The notes under the pieces were generated by a model. It ran no database searches and was not told the origin of the DNA. It was given only the letters and a program-made list of their open reading frames with translations. A stretch of DNA of 64,000 bases, taken from the NCBI RefSeq assembly GCF_009914755.1, contig NC_060937.1; one strand, given 5' to 3'. Of this stretch, positions 49,808 through 64,000 are shown in pieces (position 1 is the stretch's first letter; every line of letters starts with the position of its first letter). The DNA is from the human T2T-CHM13v2.0 reference genome, Homo sapiens. A program made the position numbers and the translations under genes.

Positions 49808-50521
49808 TCAATATAAATCCAATTTTTCAGTGTTTCTATAATTTAAGAAAACTAGCCAAATCAAAATTTAGTTTTGATAAATAGCATTAGAATATTACTT
49901 CTATACGTATACAAAAATAAAGAACTGTTACTCAAAGAAACCTTACATTTGACACAGAACTAAAAACCAAATGAAAATAAGACAAAAAGGAAAGTGGTAG
50001 TTATGGTGGCAACTGCCGAACAACAGTGTAAAAGACACTTTTTAATTCTCTAGCAAGAAATGATCAATATTTTAAGTTTGTGTCTTCTATCGTCTTCAAA
50101 GAACAGTAAGAGAAATAGTAAGATGCTTAAGGTTCAGTTATTAATTTATATTGCTTGCATAACACCATTAAGTGTACTAAATTGATTTGAATTGGTCTGG
50201 ATCCATTGGCATAGAAGCTAAGTCTTTAACATTTTTGTGAATTACATTTTCTACAACAAATGGATTAATTGTTCACTGTGATTTTATTTGACCATATAGT
50301 TTTATAAATCTACAGGGGATTTGTGGATGTTTCCTTTATGCATTTGAGCATCTAGGGTCGTTGTTATATAACACATGTACTTATTCCAAGTTTTTTTCAA
50401 TTATGAAAATAGTTTCTGAAGGTAATAGAACAGCTATGGGCATTTTATTAACTTCACAATAAATTTATCATTTAATGTATGTACTTGCAAAAAAGGAGTA
50501 ATAGAAAAAATAGTTTTACTA

Positions 50522-50947
<426 letters not shown>

Positions 50948-51779
50948 TTAACATTATCATTATTAATTCAAAATATTAAACATGAGAGGAAAATCAATGT
51001 TTTAATCCATAATATAGGAAAAATCACTTATAAGAATATATTTATCAGATATTTAAAAATTAATGAATACAAGGAAACATGCAATAAACACAATTATTTT
51101 ATAATTTCAGAAGGACCTCAGTTATATATTTTTTAATGTTCATCTAATTCTAAATATTAAAATCTCATTGTTTTATCTTGACATTTTATATATGTAAGAT
51201 ACTTTATAATAATTTTACTAATTTATTTATAGGCATCAGAAGTATACACTCAGGGAAGACAATATGATAAAAAATGATAAAGCCCTGAGTTAAGAATCAA
51301 AAGATCTAGGTCCAGCACACTTATTGCTATTTACTACTTCGTATGATCATGCATAACAAACTTAATTACCCCATTCAAACTACACTTTCTCCATTTGTAA
51401 AATGAGTATAAAGATATTTACTTTGCCTCCCTGGGGCATTTTGCATTGCTAACTGCTGCCTTCTTTTTAAAGCCTAGTTTTCACACCACCAGTCTTCTGG
51501 TTCTCCTTAGAAATTTCTGAGAATTCCTTCTCAATCTCAACAGTTCCTTCAAATATAGGTGTTCTGCAGATTTCAGTCATCATAATTTCCTCTTCTCACT
51601 CTCTATATATGCTCCTTGGGTAATTTCACCCAAATTTACATCTTCAGCTACATATCTGCCGATGATTCACAGAATATAAGTGGCTGCTGAGTTCTACACC
51701 CAGCTGCCAATGGCCACCTCTAATTCACTATATCCAAAAATTGAATGAATCCTTTCTACAACCTCAGCCTATTACTCCT

Positions 51780-52292
51780 TGTATCAATTATCTGTTGCCA
51801 GAATCACAAAACCTCAGTAGCATACAACAATACATAAGTATATATTGCTGACATGACTAGGAGCAGCTGAGGTTGGCTAGGTAGTTCATAAGCCTGGGAG
51901 AAGCAAGGGTTGGCTAGGTGGTTCTGCTGATCTTGATTGAATCTGCCCAAGTGTCTGGGGATTGGCTGATTGTAAGATGATTTAAATTGGCTTTAACTGG
52001 GCTGACAGGGGTGTCTTGGCTTTGCTTTATGTGTATCTTCTCCTCCAATGGGCCAACCCAGGCATGTCTTATGATAATAATAGATGCAGAAGAGTGAAAT
52101 TCAGTTATGGAAGAGTTTTTTAAAGCTTTTGTTTCAGTCACAACTGATAACACCCCAGCTAGTTACATAATCAAACCCAGAGTCAAGGGGTGGAAGTGTG
52201 TCCATCCATTATGGGAAAGCATTGTAATGTATGGCAAAGGGTACGGATAGACTAACGGATGAAAAATTGGGACCAAAAATGCAAATGATCAC
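51780..52292. mobile_element. MLT1-type (MaLR) LTR
   Basis: tgtatcaatta...caaaacctcagtagc start, ca end; interrupts L2-like sequence. Confidence 0.6.
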
Positions 52293-52579
52293 ACTCCTAT
52301 GTTCCCCAACTTAGTTAATGTTACCACCTTAGCTCTTCCCTTCTTTTAAATAACTGTCTAAATGTTTCTCAAATTCTGTAGATCTTCCCACCAAAATAAC
52401 TCTGTAGGCCATCCTCCATAGTCCTCTTCTTATCTACTATGGTCATTCTTTTTAAGTAAATTTGTAATGTTAGAGGGCATTGTTTTAAAAAATGCAAACT
52501 TCCTTGTATCCTTTTCCTGGCAGAGAAAAAGGAGGTAAGTTCACTGAAAAATACAATATGGCAATGAACCTCAATTTTT

Positions 52580-53560
52580 ATCATCAGCTCTGATGTTTCA
52601 AATGCTCACTTGACATTTTTATATGTATGTTTACCAGACATCTCAACTATACATATTCAGAAAAAAAGTTTAATTTACACACCAAACATATTCCTCCCCC
52701 AGACTTTCTGATATCAATAAACTGTACCACTTTCCACCTGGATACTCAAAAGCCTAGAAATCATTCTTGATTCTTCCCTTTCCCTTACCCCCACAACCTA
52801 TTTCTCATCAAATCCTGATGGTTGGGCCTCCAAAATAAAATCCCCAATGCACTTCTGACCAGTCTTTGTAGTGTGACCTAATGTCTAACTCATCTCCCTA
52901 TTTCCGTTCCTCCCCACTCCCCCAACTAGTCTGTGTATATCAGGCAGAAGAATCTTTTCAAAACATAAATCATATCATGTTATTTCCCTGCTCAACATCC
53001 TCCAGTGGTTTCCCATTGCATTAATAAAAAATTTCAAATTCCTGAAAGTGTTTTATAAGCCATATATGCCCTAGTGCCTATCTACTTTGCTATGCTTCTC
53101 ATCTACTACTCTCCCTTTTTCCAGTCTCCTTTGTGTTGATTAAATATGTATAGTTCCTTCCGACCTAACGGCTTTTTAAATTATTGTTTGGTCTACTTTA
53201 AAATTCTCTACCCCTGGCTATTATCTGTTGGGTCTTTGTCTTTCACAATTCAGTATTATTATTATGTCTCAGAAGAGTCTTCCCTAAATCAAAATATAAA
53301 TGAACCAACCACTATTCCACTCCTCCTCTAGTTACTCTCTACACATTACCCCATTGTATTTCCTTTGTAATACATCAATCTTTGAATTATCTTTATTTTG
53401 TTAATTTATTGCTTGCTTCCCCTGACTAGAAAGTAAGCTCTGTGGCTACAGGAACCATGTCTGTCTTCATTACCACCATCTTCCCACTGCTTAAAACAGT
53501 AACTGACACAAAGTAGGTGCTCAATAAATAAATAAATTCATTCAATAAATGAGTGAATGA
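52580..53560 (+). mobile_element. L2 3' region
   Basis: gactagaaagtaagctc...gtaggtgctcaataaa...gaatga terminus. Confidence 0.75.
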
Positions 53561-55184
53561 CTGATGCACAACCAATGGTCAGGAAAGGGACATATGCCCT
53601 GCTGGTTACATCAGGCTATCTATCAACTCTATTGGTCAATAGAAGAAGTATATTGACCCATACAATTTGGTTATCATCTCTTCTCTTTCTTGGACTAATG
53701 TAATTGACTATTAATTTTTCTTATTGGCTTTAGTTTCTTTTGCCTTTAATCCATTTCTGCCCTTACATGAGAATTATGTTATTTTTTTCTTCTCCCCCTC
53801 TTCTTTAATCTCCTCTGCCTCTTTTCCTTCCTCTTCCTCTTCATCCTTTTCCCCTTCTTCTCTCTCCTTTTTAAACTTACAGCTTTATCGAAGCAAAATT
53901 AATATAAATACATATTCGAACTTTACAATTTGATGAATTTTGACCTTCTTGTGCTCATAAGACCATCACCACAACTAAGATAATAAACGTAGTCATTATT
54001 CAAAAAAGTTTTCTCCTGATACTCTGTAAATTCATTCCTCCCTTTCCATCTCTCCATTCCTAGGAAACCACTGATCTGCCTTCCTTCTCTAAAGATTAGT
54101 TTGCTTTTCACTAATTTTATATAAATAGAATCATTTAATACATAATTTTAAGTCTTATTTCAATAAGCATAATTATTTCAAGATTCATCCATGTTGTTGT
54201 ATATATCAATAATTCTTCATTTTTATTGCTAAGTAGTATTCCGTTGTATGGATATACCATATTAGTTTATTAGTTCATCTAACTGATGGGCATTTGGGTT
54301 GTTTCCAGTTTTCCAGTGGGCATACACATTTATTTCTCTTGGGTAAATACCTAAAAGTTAAATGGCTAGATTATACAGTAGGGATAGGTTTAACTTTTCA
54401 AGAAAGTATAAACTGTTTTCCTAAGTGGTTGTGTCATTTTACAGTCCATCTAACAGGTCTGAGAGTTCCAGGCCTTCCATATCTGCAACAACATTTGTTA
54501 TGGTCAGTCTTTTTAAACTTAGCCATTCTAGTGGGTTGTGTGTGTGTGTGTGTGTGTGTGCCTGTGTGTGTGGATATTATAGTGGAAATTTAAGTATACT
54601 GTTAGATGTGTTTTCAAATATTCTCTCCTAGTCTGTGACAACCCAAATGGCCAAAGGGCCCCACCAAGAATACCTTAGTTTGTTTTCATAATAGTGTATA
54701 TTGAAGAGCAAGTTTAAAAATTTTTTTGGATGAAATTCATCAAAATTTTTATGTCATATTAAAGAAATCATTGCCAAGCCCAACATCAATAAGTTTTTCT
54801 ATGTTTTCTTCCAGATATTTTTTGTTTTAACTCTTAACATTCAGGCCTTTGATTCATTTTGAGTTAATTTTTGTATATGGTTTGAGGTGAAATTTGAGGT
54901 TCAGAATTTTTTTTGCATGAAAATATCCAATTGTTCTTCTACCATTTCATGAAAAGATTATCCTTCTCTACTGAATTGCTTTGGTACGTCTTCAAAAATC
55001 AATTGATATGTGTGGGGCTATTTCTGGGCACTTTAGTTTGTTCCATGGATCTATATGTCTAGCTATATCATATTATCCTGATTACTATGCCCTATAATAA
55101 ATATTAAAATCAGGTAGTGTGGTAACATGGAAAGATATTTGGTCTTTGTTCCCAGTTATTGGTACAGAGCTCCTAAAACTCTTG

Positions 55185-55606
55185 TGTATTAGTCCATTCT
55201 GTGTTGCTAAAATAAATTCCTGAGTCTGGGTAATTTATTCAAAAAAGGTTTATTTGGCCCATGATTCTGATGGCTGGAAAGTTCAAGACTGGGCATCTAC
55301 ATCTAGTGAGGGCCTCAGGCTGCTTCTACTCATGGTAGAAGGTGAAGAGGAGCTGGCCTTTGCAGCAGTCACATGGTGGGAAAGAAAGCAAGAGAGGGAG
55401 CCGGGAGGCGCCAGGCTCTTTTTAACAACAAGCTCTCAGGGGAACTAATAGAATGAGAACTCCTTTGCTCCCAAAGGAGGGCATTAATCTATTCATGACA
55501 GGATCTGCCTCCATGACCCAAACACCTCCCACTGGGCCCCATCTCCAACACTAGGGATTAACTTCCAACATGAGGGTTGGAGGGGACAAACATCCAAACC
55601 ATAGGA
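55185..55606 (-). mobile_element. MST (MaLR) solo LTR
   Basis: tgtattagtccatt...ggggacaaacatccaaaccata; 5-bp TSD tcttg/ccttg. Confidence 0.85.
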
Positions 55607-56228
55607 CCTTGGGATTTCCTAAGTGACAAGGGTGATAGGATGATCTTTTGTTCGAATGAATTAATTCTTGGTGGGTCCCTACATAGTTTAGGATGGGGGC
55701 TGGCTGTCAAAAAGCCCAAGCCTTGATTAGAAGACTGAAACTTTTAGCCCCATTTCCCCAGTCTTCTGGGAGGAAAGAGGGGCTGGAGATTGAGTTAATA
55801 ATGTGATGAAACCTCCATAGGAAACCTTAAACTATGCGGGGTTGAGAGAGCTTCTGGGTTGGTATAAACACATTGAGGTGCTGGAAGAGTGGAGCGCCCA
55901 GAGACAGCATAGAAGCTCCTTGCAGGCCCCCTCCCACATACCTATCCCCACGCATCATCTCTTCCATTTGGCTATTCCTGAGTTGGGTCCTTTATAATAA
56001 ATGGGTAATAGGTGCTTTCCTGAGTTCTGTGAGTCATTCTAAAAATGCTCAAACCTGGTGAGGGGTGCGGGGAAAGTATGGGAGTAGGTTGTGAGAACCT
56101 CTGATTTTATAGCCAGTTGATCAGAAGTATGGGTGGCCTGGGACTTGTGATTGGCACATGAAGCAGGGGCAGTCTTATGGGACTGAGCCCTTTAACTTGT
56201 GGGATCTGATGCTAATTCCAGGTAGATA

Positions 56229-57132
56229 CAGTACTCCCTCCTTATCCAAGGGGAATATGTTCCAAGACCTCCGTGGACGTCTGAAACCATGGACAGTACT
56301 GAACTCTATATACACTATGTTTTTTTTTCCTATACATATATACCTATGATAAAGTTTAATATATAAATTAGGCACAATAAGAGAATAACAATAACAACAA
56401 AATAATTATAACGATATACTATAATAAAAGTTATGTGAATGTGGTCTCTCTCTCCTATCTTATTGTACTGTACTCAACATGCCCAGCTGTTTTGTATTTT
56501 TAGTAGAGACAGGGTTTCACCATGTTGGCCAGGCTGGTCTCGAACTCCCGACCTCAAGTTATCCATCTGCCTCGGCCTCCCAAAGTGCTGGGATTAGACG
56601 TGAGCCACCACGCCCAGCCAGGAATTTATTTTTTCTTCTTTACAACTTCACAGATGGATGATTTGTCCTTACCATAGATCTTAGCAACTTCAGTGTATGA
56701 TTTTTTTCTTTCCTTTAAGTTAAGAACTTTCACCTTCTCACTTAAAGTAAGTACTTTACAGCTTCTCTTTGGCATATGTGAATTGCCAGCATCACTACGC
56801 TGATACTTTGGGGCCATTAAGTAAAATAAGGTTTAGTTGAACATAAGCACTGTGATACTGCCACAATCAATCTGATAACTGAGACGACTACTAAGTGACT
56901 AATGAATGGGTAGCTCATATGGCATAGATGTGCTGGACAAAAGGACGACTCACATCCCAGGCAGGATGGAGCAGGACAATGCGAGATTTCATCATGCTAC
57001 TCAGAATGACTTGCAATTTTAAATTTACAAATTGTTTATTTCTGTAATCTTCCATTTAATACTTTTAGAATGCAGCTCACTGTGGGTAACTGAAACTGCA
57101 AAAACAAAACTGCAAATAAGGGAAAACTGTTG
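56229..57132. mobile_element. MER44/Tigger7-type DNA transposon
   Basis: TA TSDs, degenerate TIR cagtactccctccttatcc / ataagggaaaactgttg; residual Tigger-like peptide 56626..56817. Confidence 0.8.
56478..56619 (-). mobile_element. Alu left arm only
   Basis: Left monomer and linker, no right arm or tail. Confidence 0.85.
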
Positions 57133-58029
57133 TAGTGTCAGAACTGAATCAAATCATTGGACACCAAGTTGGCATCCAGAGAATCAGAAAATTGGTTGTT
57201 AGTGTTAGAAAATGTCCCAGGTAGTATAAGATTTCCAACACTTTTCTCCTTCAAAATTGTTTTGGATATTCTAGGTCCTTTAAATTTCCATATGACTTTT
57301 AGAATTAGCCTATGTATTTCTCTCCCAAAAGCCTGCTGAAATTTTGACTGGGACTGCATTTCATGTATAAATAAAATTGAGAGAACTAACATATTAGCAA
57401 TACTGAGTCTTCTGTTTCATAAAAATGATATACCTCTATATTTAAGTCTTCTTTAATTTTTCTCACCAATGTTTTACAGTGTTCAGCATACTGGTCTTGT
57501 AAACCTTTTGTCAAATTTGCCCCTAAGTATTGAATGGTTTCGATGGCATTGTAAGTAGTATTGCTTTTGAAGTTTTAATTTCTGATTTTCTCTTGCCAAT
57601 GTGCAGAAATACAATATATTTTTGTATATTAATCTTATGCCCTGCAATCTTTCTAAACTCACTTATTAGTTCTAATAGCTTTTTATAGCTTCCTTGGGAT
57701 TTTCTTTAAAAAAAAATGCCATCTGTGAATAAAAACAGATTTACTTCTTTCTTTCTAAACTGGATGAGTTTTATTTCTTTTTCTTGCATAGCTGTACTGG
57801 CCTGAACTACCAGTACCATCCTGAATAGAAGTAAGAGGAGACATCTTTTTCTTTTTCCTGATCTTAGGAGAAAAACATTCATTATTTCACCATTAAGTAT
57901 GTGGCTGGTTGTAGAATTTATGTAGATGTTCTTCCTTAGACTAAGGAAGTTCCCTTTTATTTCCAGTTAGCTGAGAGTTATCATGAATGGATACTGGATT
58001 ATAATAAGTGCTTTTTATGTATCTAGAAT

Positions 58030-58550
58030 TCTTTCTAAAATATAAATTTAATATTTGTTTCTTGCTTAAAATCTGTCAAATGCTCATCAACTTTAGAATA
58101 AAGTTGAAGTTTCTTATCGTGGTATAAATCTTCCATGATTTTTCAAAACATACTGTAATTTACATTACCATCAAACTATTTATGGTTCTAGGAATGTACC
58201 AATGCTATTTCAGGCCTCTGCAAATGTCCTCTGTGAATATCCTCAGGTTCTTTTTATTTTGAATATTATCTTCCTTACTCCCTAACCTTTAAACCTGTCC
58301 TAGACACCTAATCATTCAGATGAACTCCAGCTGCCATTTAAAACTCAACTGAAACATCATTTCTTTTGTGATCACTCTTTCTCTAGTGTTAAATCTGTGT
58401 TGTGTTCATGCCTCTACCATTGACACTACTACTCTACATGTAATTATTTGTTTACTTCTTTCTCTTCCCAATAGATGGTAAGTAACATAAGAGTGAGGAC
58501 AATGTTCAGCAAAATGCTTAACACAAAGTAGGCTCTCAATATAAATGGAA
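58030..58550 (+). mobile_element. L2 fragment
   Basis: acacaaagtaggctctcaatataaat terminus motif. Confidence 0.55.
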
Positions 58551-59503
58551 TAAACTCTATGAAACTCTTTGAAGACTGAAAAGTTTTACAAAAAATTTCT
58601 TTACAAAAATATGACATTATTTTTTGAATTATATTCTACTGTATAGATGTATTCTTTTCTAGAAGTGACTAACATAATACAAGTATTTATAAGAAATCCA
58701 TATCACCATGATAATACAATTATTGTCATCATATATCTACTGATGCACTTAAAGCCAATGATACTTAAAGCCAATGTCAAATAGGGCCCTACCAGTACCA
58801 TGTCCACCTGGTCCCCACCAAACACATTAACTCATTTAATCCTCATGAAAAGCTTATGGGCACGTCCTATTGTTATCTCTGTTTTACAACTAAGGAAACA
58901 GGAGCACAACAAATTCAATCACGGAACAAAAAGTAGTAAATTTGGCCTTTTGAACTAGGCAGCTCAGCTCCTGAGCCTACTCTTCTCATTTCTATGATAT
59001 ATTTAATAACAATCGTTACAGAGCACAAGATACTGTTTTCATTTTCATTTCTTTAGTCATATTCACATAGTATAGTTATATCTAATTACGTTGCATGCGA
59101 AGACCAAGTATGGCTCCCAAATTCCCTGCAGTAGGATTATCAATATATTTAAAAAGGAAAGGAACATAGAGGGAGGCTACTTGAAATGTTCACTGACAGC
59201 AAGTAACTCACAATCCATAGCTTTACAAACACTGGCTTAAAACTTAACCTTCCTTCAATTCAGCATTTTAGGAAACACTATCAAATAAGGGAATGTAAAA
59301 TAATTCTATCTAACATGTTAGGTTTTATATGCTTATCCTACAGTTGCAATGACATTGTTGAATCTTTATATGTTGGGAGTGTAAAATTTTCCATAAAACT
59401 GGAATAGCCATGTAAACCTTACTTAGGGAGAACAGAATAATTGACAGAGAATAACTTTAAAAGTGACTCCCAATAATAAGTATTTTTAATAATCTCCTGG
59501 TCA

Positions 59504-59701
<198 letters not shown>

Positions 59702-60191
59702 TTAAAATACAGCCATTTTAAGAAAGTTATGTTTCTTTACTCAAAATCATGAAATATTTGATATTTTTTCCTTCTAAACTAAATTTAGAATTAGTAATTT
59801 TCCCTTGCTGATATAAACAAAACCAAAAGTAAAGGCAACAATAATAGGCAATTCAAAGTTGCCTACTGCAATGTCATACCCGTTCCTCTACGGAACAGTA
59901 TAAATATTTTGATTGTCCTAATTTTTTTTATCCAGACCACTTGCACATATACTATAATTATAGTGCTACCATAACAACTCTATAGCAATTAGAGTTGATG
60001 CATTTTCATTGTAGGTCTGTATTTTCAGGTTGATATGCCTTTGCTAAACACTGTATATGTTTGTCCCAGCTAAATGTAACTGCTTCCATCTATTCTAATT
60101 TGCTATCAATTTTAACACAATTATCCTGCCAGACTACTTTTTTGTTGTTGCTGATCTTTTAATTATTTATTTCTTAAGACTGTTTCATTAC

Positions 60192-60237
60192 CTTCTTTAG
60201 GAAATCCTTGACTCTTCCTTTCTTTGTTGTCTGACAT
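60192..60237 (-). CDS. CCDC122: CCDC122 coding exon 1 (MSDNKERKSQGFPKE + 1 nt)
   Basis: ATG at 60237 with an in-frame upstream TGA; donor AAG|gtaatg; 46 nt; matches the recalled CCDC122 N-terminus. Confidence 0.95.
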
Positions 60238-60350
60238 TTTCTGTGTCTGTAATCTCTTTTCCCCTTTTTGATTTACCTTCTTTACTCCTACTCAATAATC
60301 TATATTGATAATCTTTCACTTTTGTTTTTTCCTGTTGTATATTGGTGATC
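60238..60350 (-). other. CCDC122: 5'UTR portion of the ATG-containing exon
   Basis: Acceptor ccttttcag-like tract (tacctttcag|GATC) with AG at 60352-60351. Confidence 0.8.
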
Positions 60351-61379
60351 CTGAAAGGTAAATTAATTGTCAAACATGTCACAGGGATGTCAATGACATT
60401 TTATCATTAGTGCCAAGAATTAGAATACAATGGTTAAGTGATTTTGGTATGAAAGTAGAACTGCATTTGTATTTTGCTTCTCCTGCTTTTCTGCTGTGGT
60501 GACCTTGAGTAAGTTTCTTAACTTCTTTGATCTTCAGCCCCTCATCTTCAAAACTTCATAAGGCTGTTCTAATAATTAAAGTAATATATGTAGCATGCAT
60601 AGAACAGTACCTGATATACACTGCATAATTATTTTGGGTTAGTATTAATAGTATGTAACTCCAGTACTATGATGAAATAGATTCTGAGACTATAACCAGA
60701 ATCTGTGAGAAACAATATCAATAATGATTAACAATTTCTGCTATGGGTGTGGAATCCAGGAAATATAGCACTCCTGTCCAGTGCTATTCTGGAGAGGGCA
60801 GGCCCTAAGCAAATTTTGATCTACTCTTTATTTAGGAGTAATGATAGGAGGAATAAGTATTTTTCTCCTTAAATCACTAAATATCTTTTCTAAAGATCAA
60901 TTAACTACAAAGCATTCATGTACTAGTTACATGTGTTTAAAAAAATTTAAAGGATTGAAACCTGATATATATGCAACAAAAAAGAAAAGCAAAGTTAAAT
61001 CAATTCCTGTGTAGAGATCAAATCTATCTAGAAATATACAACTAAGCTAAAGAAATCCTGAGAGCTTACCTAGCAGATTATCATAACCATTCCTTGAAAT
61101 TTATAATTCTTTCCTGTCGCTTCATGTCACTTCCTTCAAATCTCACTTCAAACTTACTCCTTCATGAAGTCTTCCCTGATGCTGAGCTATTCACTCCGTT
61201 CATGTTACATCCTTTCTGCTCAACACACAGAACTGTCCCAGATTAGTGCTAATGAATCCAAATCTGATTTTCTCTCTAGCTCTTTCATCTGGGTTTCACG
61301 GTCACAGACTTCATCCTTTAATATATCTACCTTGAAAAATGCATGCCCTCTACATTTATACTTTCAGTATATACTGTCA

Positions 61380-61700
61380 GTTCTCTCAATTAATTACAAT
61401 GGTAAATACTTACATCATACTTACTTTGTGCTAGTCACTGTTGTTCCAAGTGCTTTAGATTAAAAAAAAATTATATAGTGTTTATTCTGTGCCAGATGGT
61501 GTTCTAAGAACTTTACAAATAGTAACTCATTTAACCCTATGAGGTAGATATTATTACAATGTTCATTTTACAAAAAAAAGTACAGGGAGGTACACAAATG
61601 GATATAAGAATTTACCCAAAGAGAGCCATTCAATGTAAGATATGTGATTTGAATTCAAGTATTTTGGCTCCAAAGTTCATGCTCTTAATGCTAGACTATG
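61380..61700 (-). mobile_element. MIR fragments
   Basis: aactcatttaaccctatgaggtagatattatt core. Confidence 0.65.
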
Positions 61701-61769
61701 ATAGACTACCAAGATTATGATTTTTTATGGGAAGAATTATGTCTTCCATATATCACTCCAGAATCAAAC

Positions 61770-62018
61770 TAGAGTCATCCCACAGTATATGCAGGGGATT
61801 TGTACCAAGTTACCCCCTTCCCCACTTCATATCAAAATCTGTGCAAATTCAAGTCCCAAAGTCAGTGCTTCGGAGCTCACTTACACGAAAACTTCGTCCT
61901 CCTTACACGTGGGTTTCAAGTCCCGCGTATACTGTATATTTGATACTAGTTTGGTTGAAAATACTCATGGATAAGTGGACCTGCACAGTTCAAACCTGTG
62001 TTGTTCAAGGGTCCACTA
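61770..62018 (-). mobile_element. MER8
   Basis: Ends caaacctgtgttgttcaagggtccact; reverse-oriented relative of the 18428 copy. Confidence 0.75.
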
Positions 62019-62399
62019 TATTTTGTATTCCTATGATGCTAAAACGTCACTTTAATCAACTTACTCTTTCTATTCCCACTACTACCATCTATATTTCTTC
62101 TTCGAGAAACTATTCTGGTAAAGTGCATTTATAGAGCTGCTGCAGCTCCAACAGACCTCCAATGGCCTAATGACACAATTTGCATGCCTGAAGAGGTAAT
62201 CCAATGAGTTCTTCATGCTCTTACCTAGCAGTAAATTCCTGCTAGGTAACTTACTTTCCTGGTGAGTCCCCATTTCTCTCTCCCCCAAATCACAGTGCAA
62301 TTTCCATAAGCTGCCTAAAATATTGTGGGCATAATTCCCATTAAATTCTACATCCCTATTAACTTCAGTCTTCAGAAGAAACCAGGTCATTCTTCATCA

Positions 62400-64000
62400 T
62401 AAGAACCCATCCTTATTCAGCTTGGTAAGTCCTTTAGTGTGATGCTGTATTACCCACTCCCCAACCCTTTTCTATCCTTTCACTTTGACTTCTCAAATTC
62501 ATGGGCCATCTTCAGCAAAGTCCTTTCTATTGTCAACCTTTTCAGTGAACTTCCCTTTTACCTTTTGGCTTTAACTGAAGTCCAAAGATACAGCTTCCTC
62601 ATCCTCAAGCCACTAAGTCTGGAGATGAAACATTTTTTTCTGTTCTCCATTCCACTGCCACCATATTTCCTTTTCTTCTCTCTAAAACCCTCTCTAGTTT
62701 CTTTGAAATTCAGGCCATAGACTATATAGGCTTTAACTTTCCTTGCTGTTATCAGCTGTCTTACAGGTCTTGGAAGGCTCATTCCTAGATTACAGCATCT
62801 GACTTACTGTTCCTCTATCACTACTCTCTTGTATTTCTTTGGAAATTTCAATATCCACAAAAATAGTATATCTAAATCCCTGAACGTTCAGTTGCTTGAT
62901 GTCTTCTTTCATCTATTCTCCCCAGCAACCCATAGAGTATAACTCTACCTTATCCATAATCTCAGATGCAAACTACTGTTTATTCTTCTAGCTCATCCCA
63001 TCTAGTATTTTGACAGTATGTGCTGTTTAACCCCGCAAGACTTCCAATCCATCGACTCTTGTATCTTTACACATTCCCTTAGCCCTTCATGTATTCTTCC
63101 CTCCTTACTTGGCTTAGATTCCTTTGCATTCACCCTCATTTCCCTTACAGCTCACTCCCTGTCCTAATTCCCTGGAAGAATCTCAACCAGCTGCTTTGCT
63201 TATACTCAAGTAGCTGAATATGCTTAAAGAAAGACATGCAACTATGCTGTTGACTCACTTTAAATTCAAGACCATTTATGTCAAGTGGGCCCTTGATCCT
63301 AGGCTCTTAACATGCACCAAGTTATGTAGATGATTGTTTCACTCTTTATCCTGTCTTCAAACCTCTCACACCTCTTTTCCCTTCCTTTGAGTTGGTAATT
63401 TACCTTCTAATCTAACTGAGATAGAAGAAAAAAATCAGAGAAGATGGTAAATTACCCATCTACCAGATTTTGTACCTGCACCTGTATATCAGCATACTGT
63501 TTTCTTGCAATAAATAGTGTTCTTGCTCCTATCTAAGGCCAATCCTCTACTTTTGTACTCCTTTCTCACAGACATTACTTCTTTGAATGGTCCCTCAACA
63601 GAATTTCCCCATTTACTTGGTCAAACGTATTATTCTGAACAGCCCATCATAAATCAACAACCACTACCACCACCAACCTTGCTTGACACCATAACCTCCT
63701 TCAGTACTGACCCATTTCTTTGCTCCCCTTTAAAGCCAAGATCTTTGGTCTCCACTTCCTCTCCTCTTTCTTCTTGAACCCACTAGAACCAGTCATTTAT
63801 CACTGTACTTTTAAAACTTTTATCACGGTATCTATGAGCTCCACATTGCCACATTCAATGAACAAGTTCCGTCTTCATTTTACTTGACCTATTGGCATCA
63901 TTTAACACATTTGATAATTACTGCCTTCTTGAAATACCATACTTCTTGGTTTCCTTTGCTGGTCCCTCCTCATCTTTTTCACTTATGTCACACCTCCTAG
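62400..64000 (+). mobile_element. Decayed L2 internal region
   Basis: Pyrimidine-rich L2 motifs (ttacttgacctattggcatcatttaacaca, ccttcttgaaatacc). Confidence 0.55.

Larger units (their letters stand above)
55118..57219. mobile_element. MER21-type LTR split by MST and MER44 insertions
   Basis: TG...CA termini, TSD ggtag; sequence rejoins across both inner insertions. Confidence 0.7.
53870..58025 (-). mobile_element. L1MB/MC-type element hosting nested insertions
   Basis: Antisense 3' end (cagctttatcgaagcaaaatt) and ORF2 sequence collinear across the 55118-57219 insertion. Confidence 0.8.

Overview
Human (primate) genomic DNA, AT-rich and dominated by repeats. The only protein-coding gene is CCDC122 on the minus strand, recognised from the spliced translation. 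Its five coding exons (60237-60192, 59664-59555, 50935-50537, 49762-49646, 28307-28158) have GT-AG junctions and sum to 822 nt (273 aa + stop). The promoter and first exons lie beyond the right edge; by recall the locus is 13q14.11, head-to-head with LACC1. The rest is Alu, L1, LTR, Tigger-type, MIR and L2 repeats. I found no RNA genes, CRISPR arrays or CpG island. The most unusual feature is a set of three L1PA4/5-like elements (about 9, 25 and 31 kb) sharing apparently non-consensus variants. Two of them carry an identical chimeric junction, and the 9-kb copy even contains part of the 31-kb copy's target site, implying local templated copying. Also notable: a human-specific AluYb8 in the CCDC122 3'UTR, two adjacent perfect palindromes at 19.6 kb, a 3'-truncated L1, a candidate 3' transduction, and exon-like coiled-coil relics. 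Repeat subfamily names are from memory of consensus sequences, and old-repeat boundaries are approximate.
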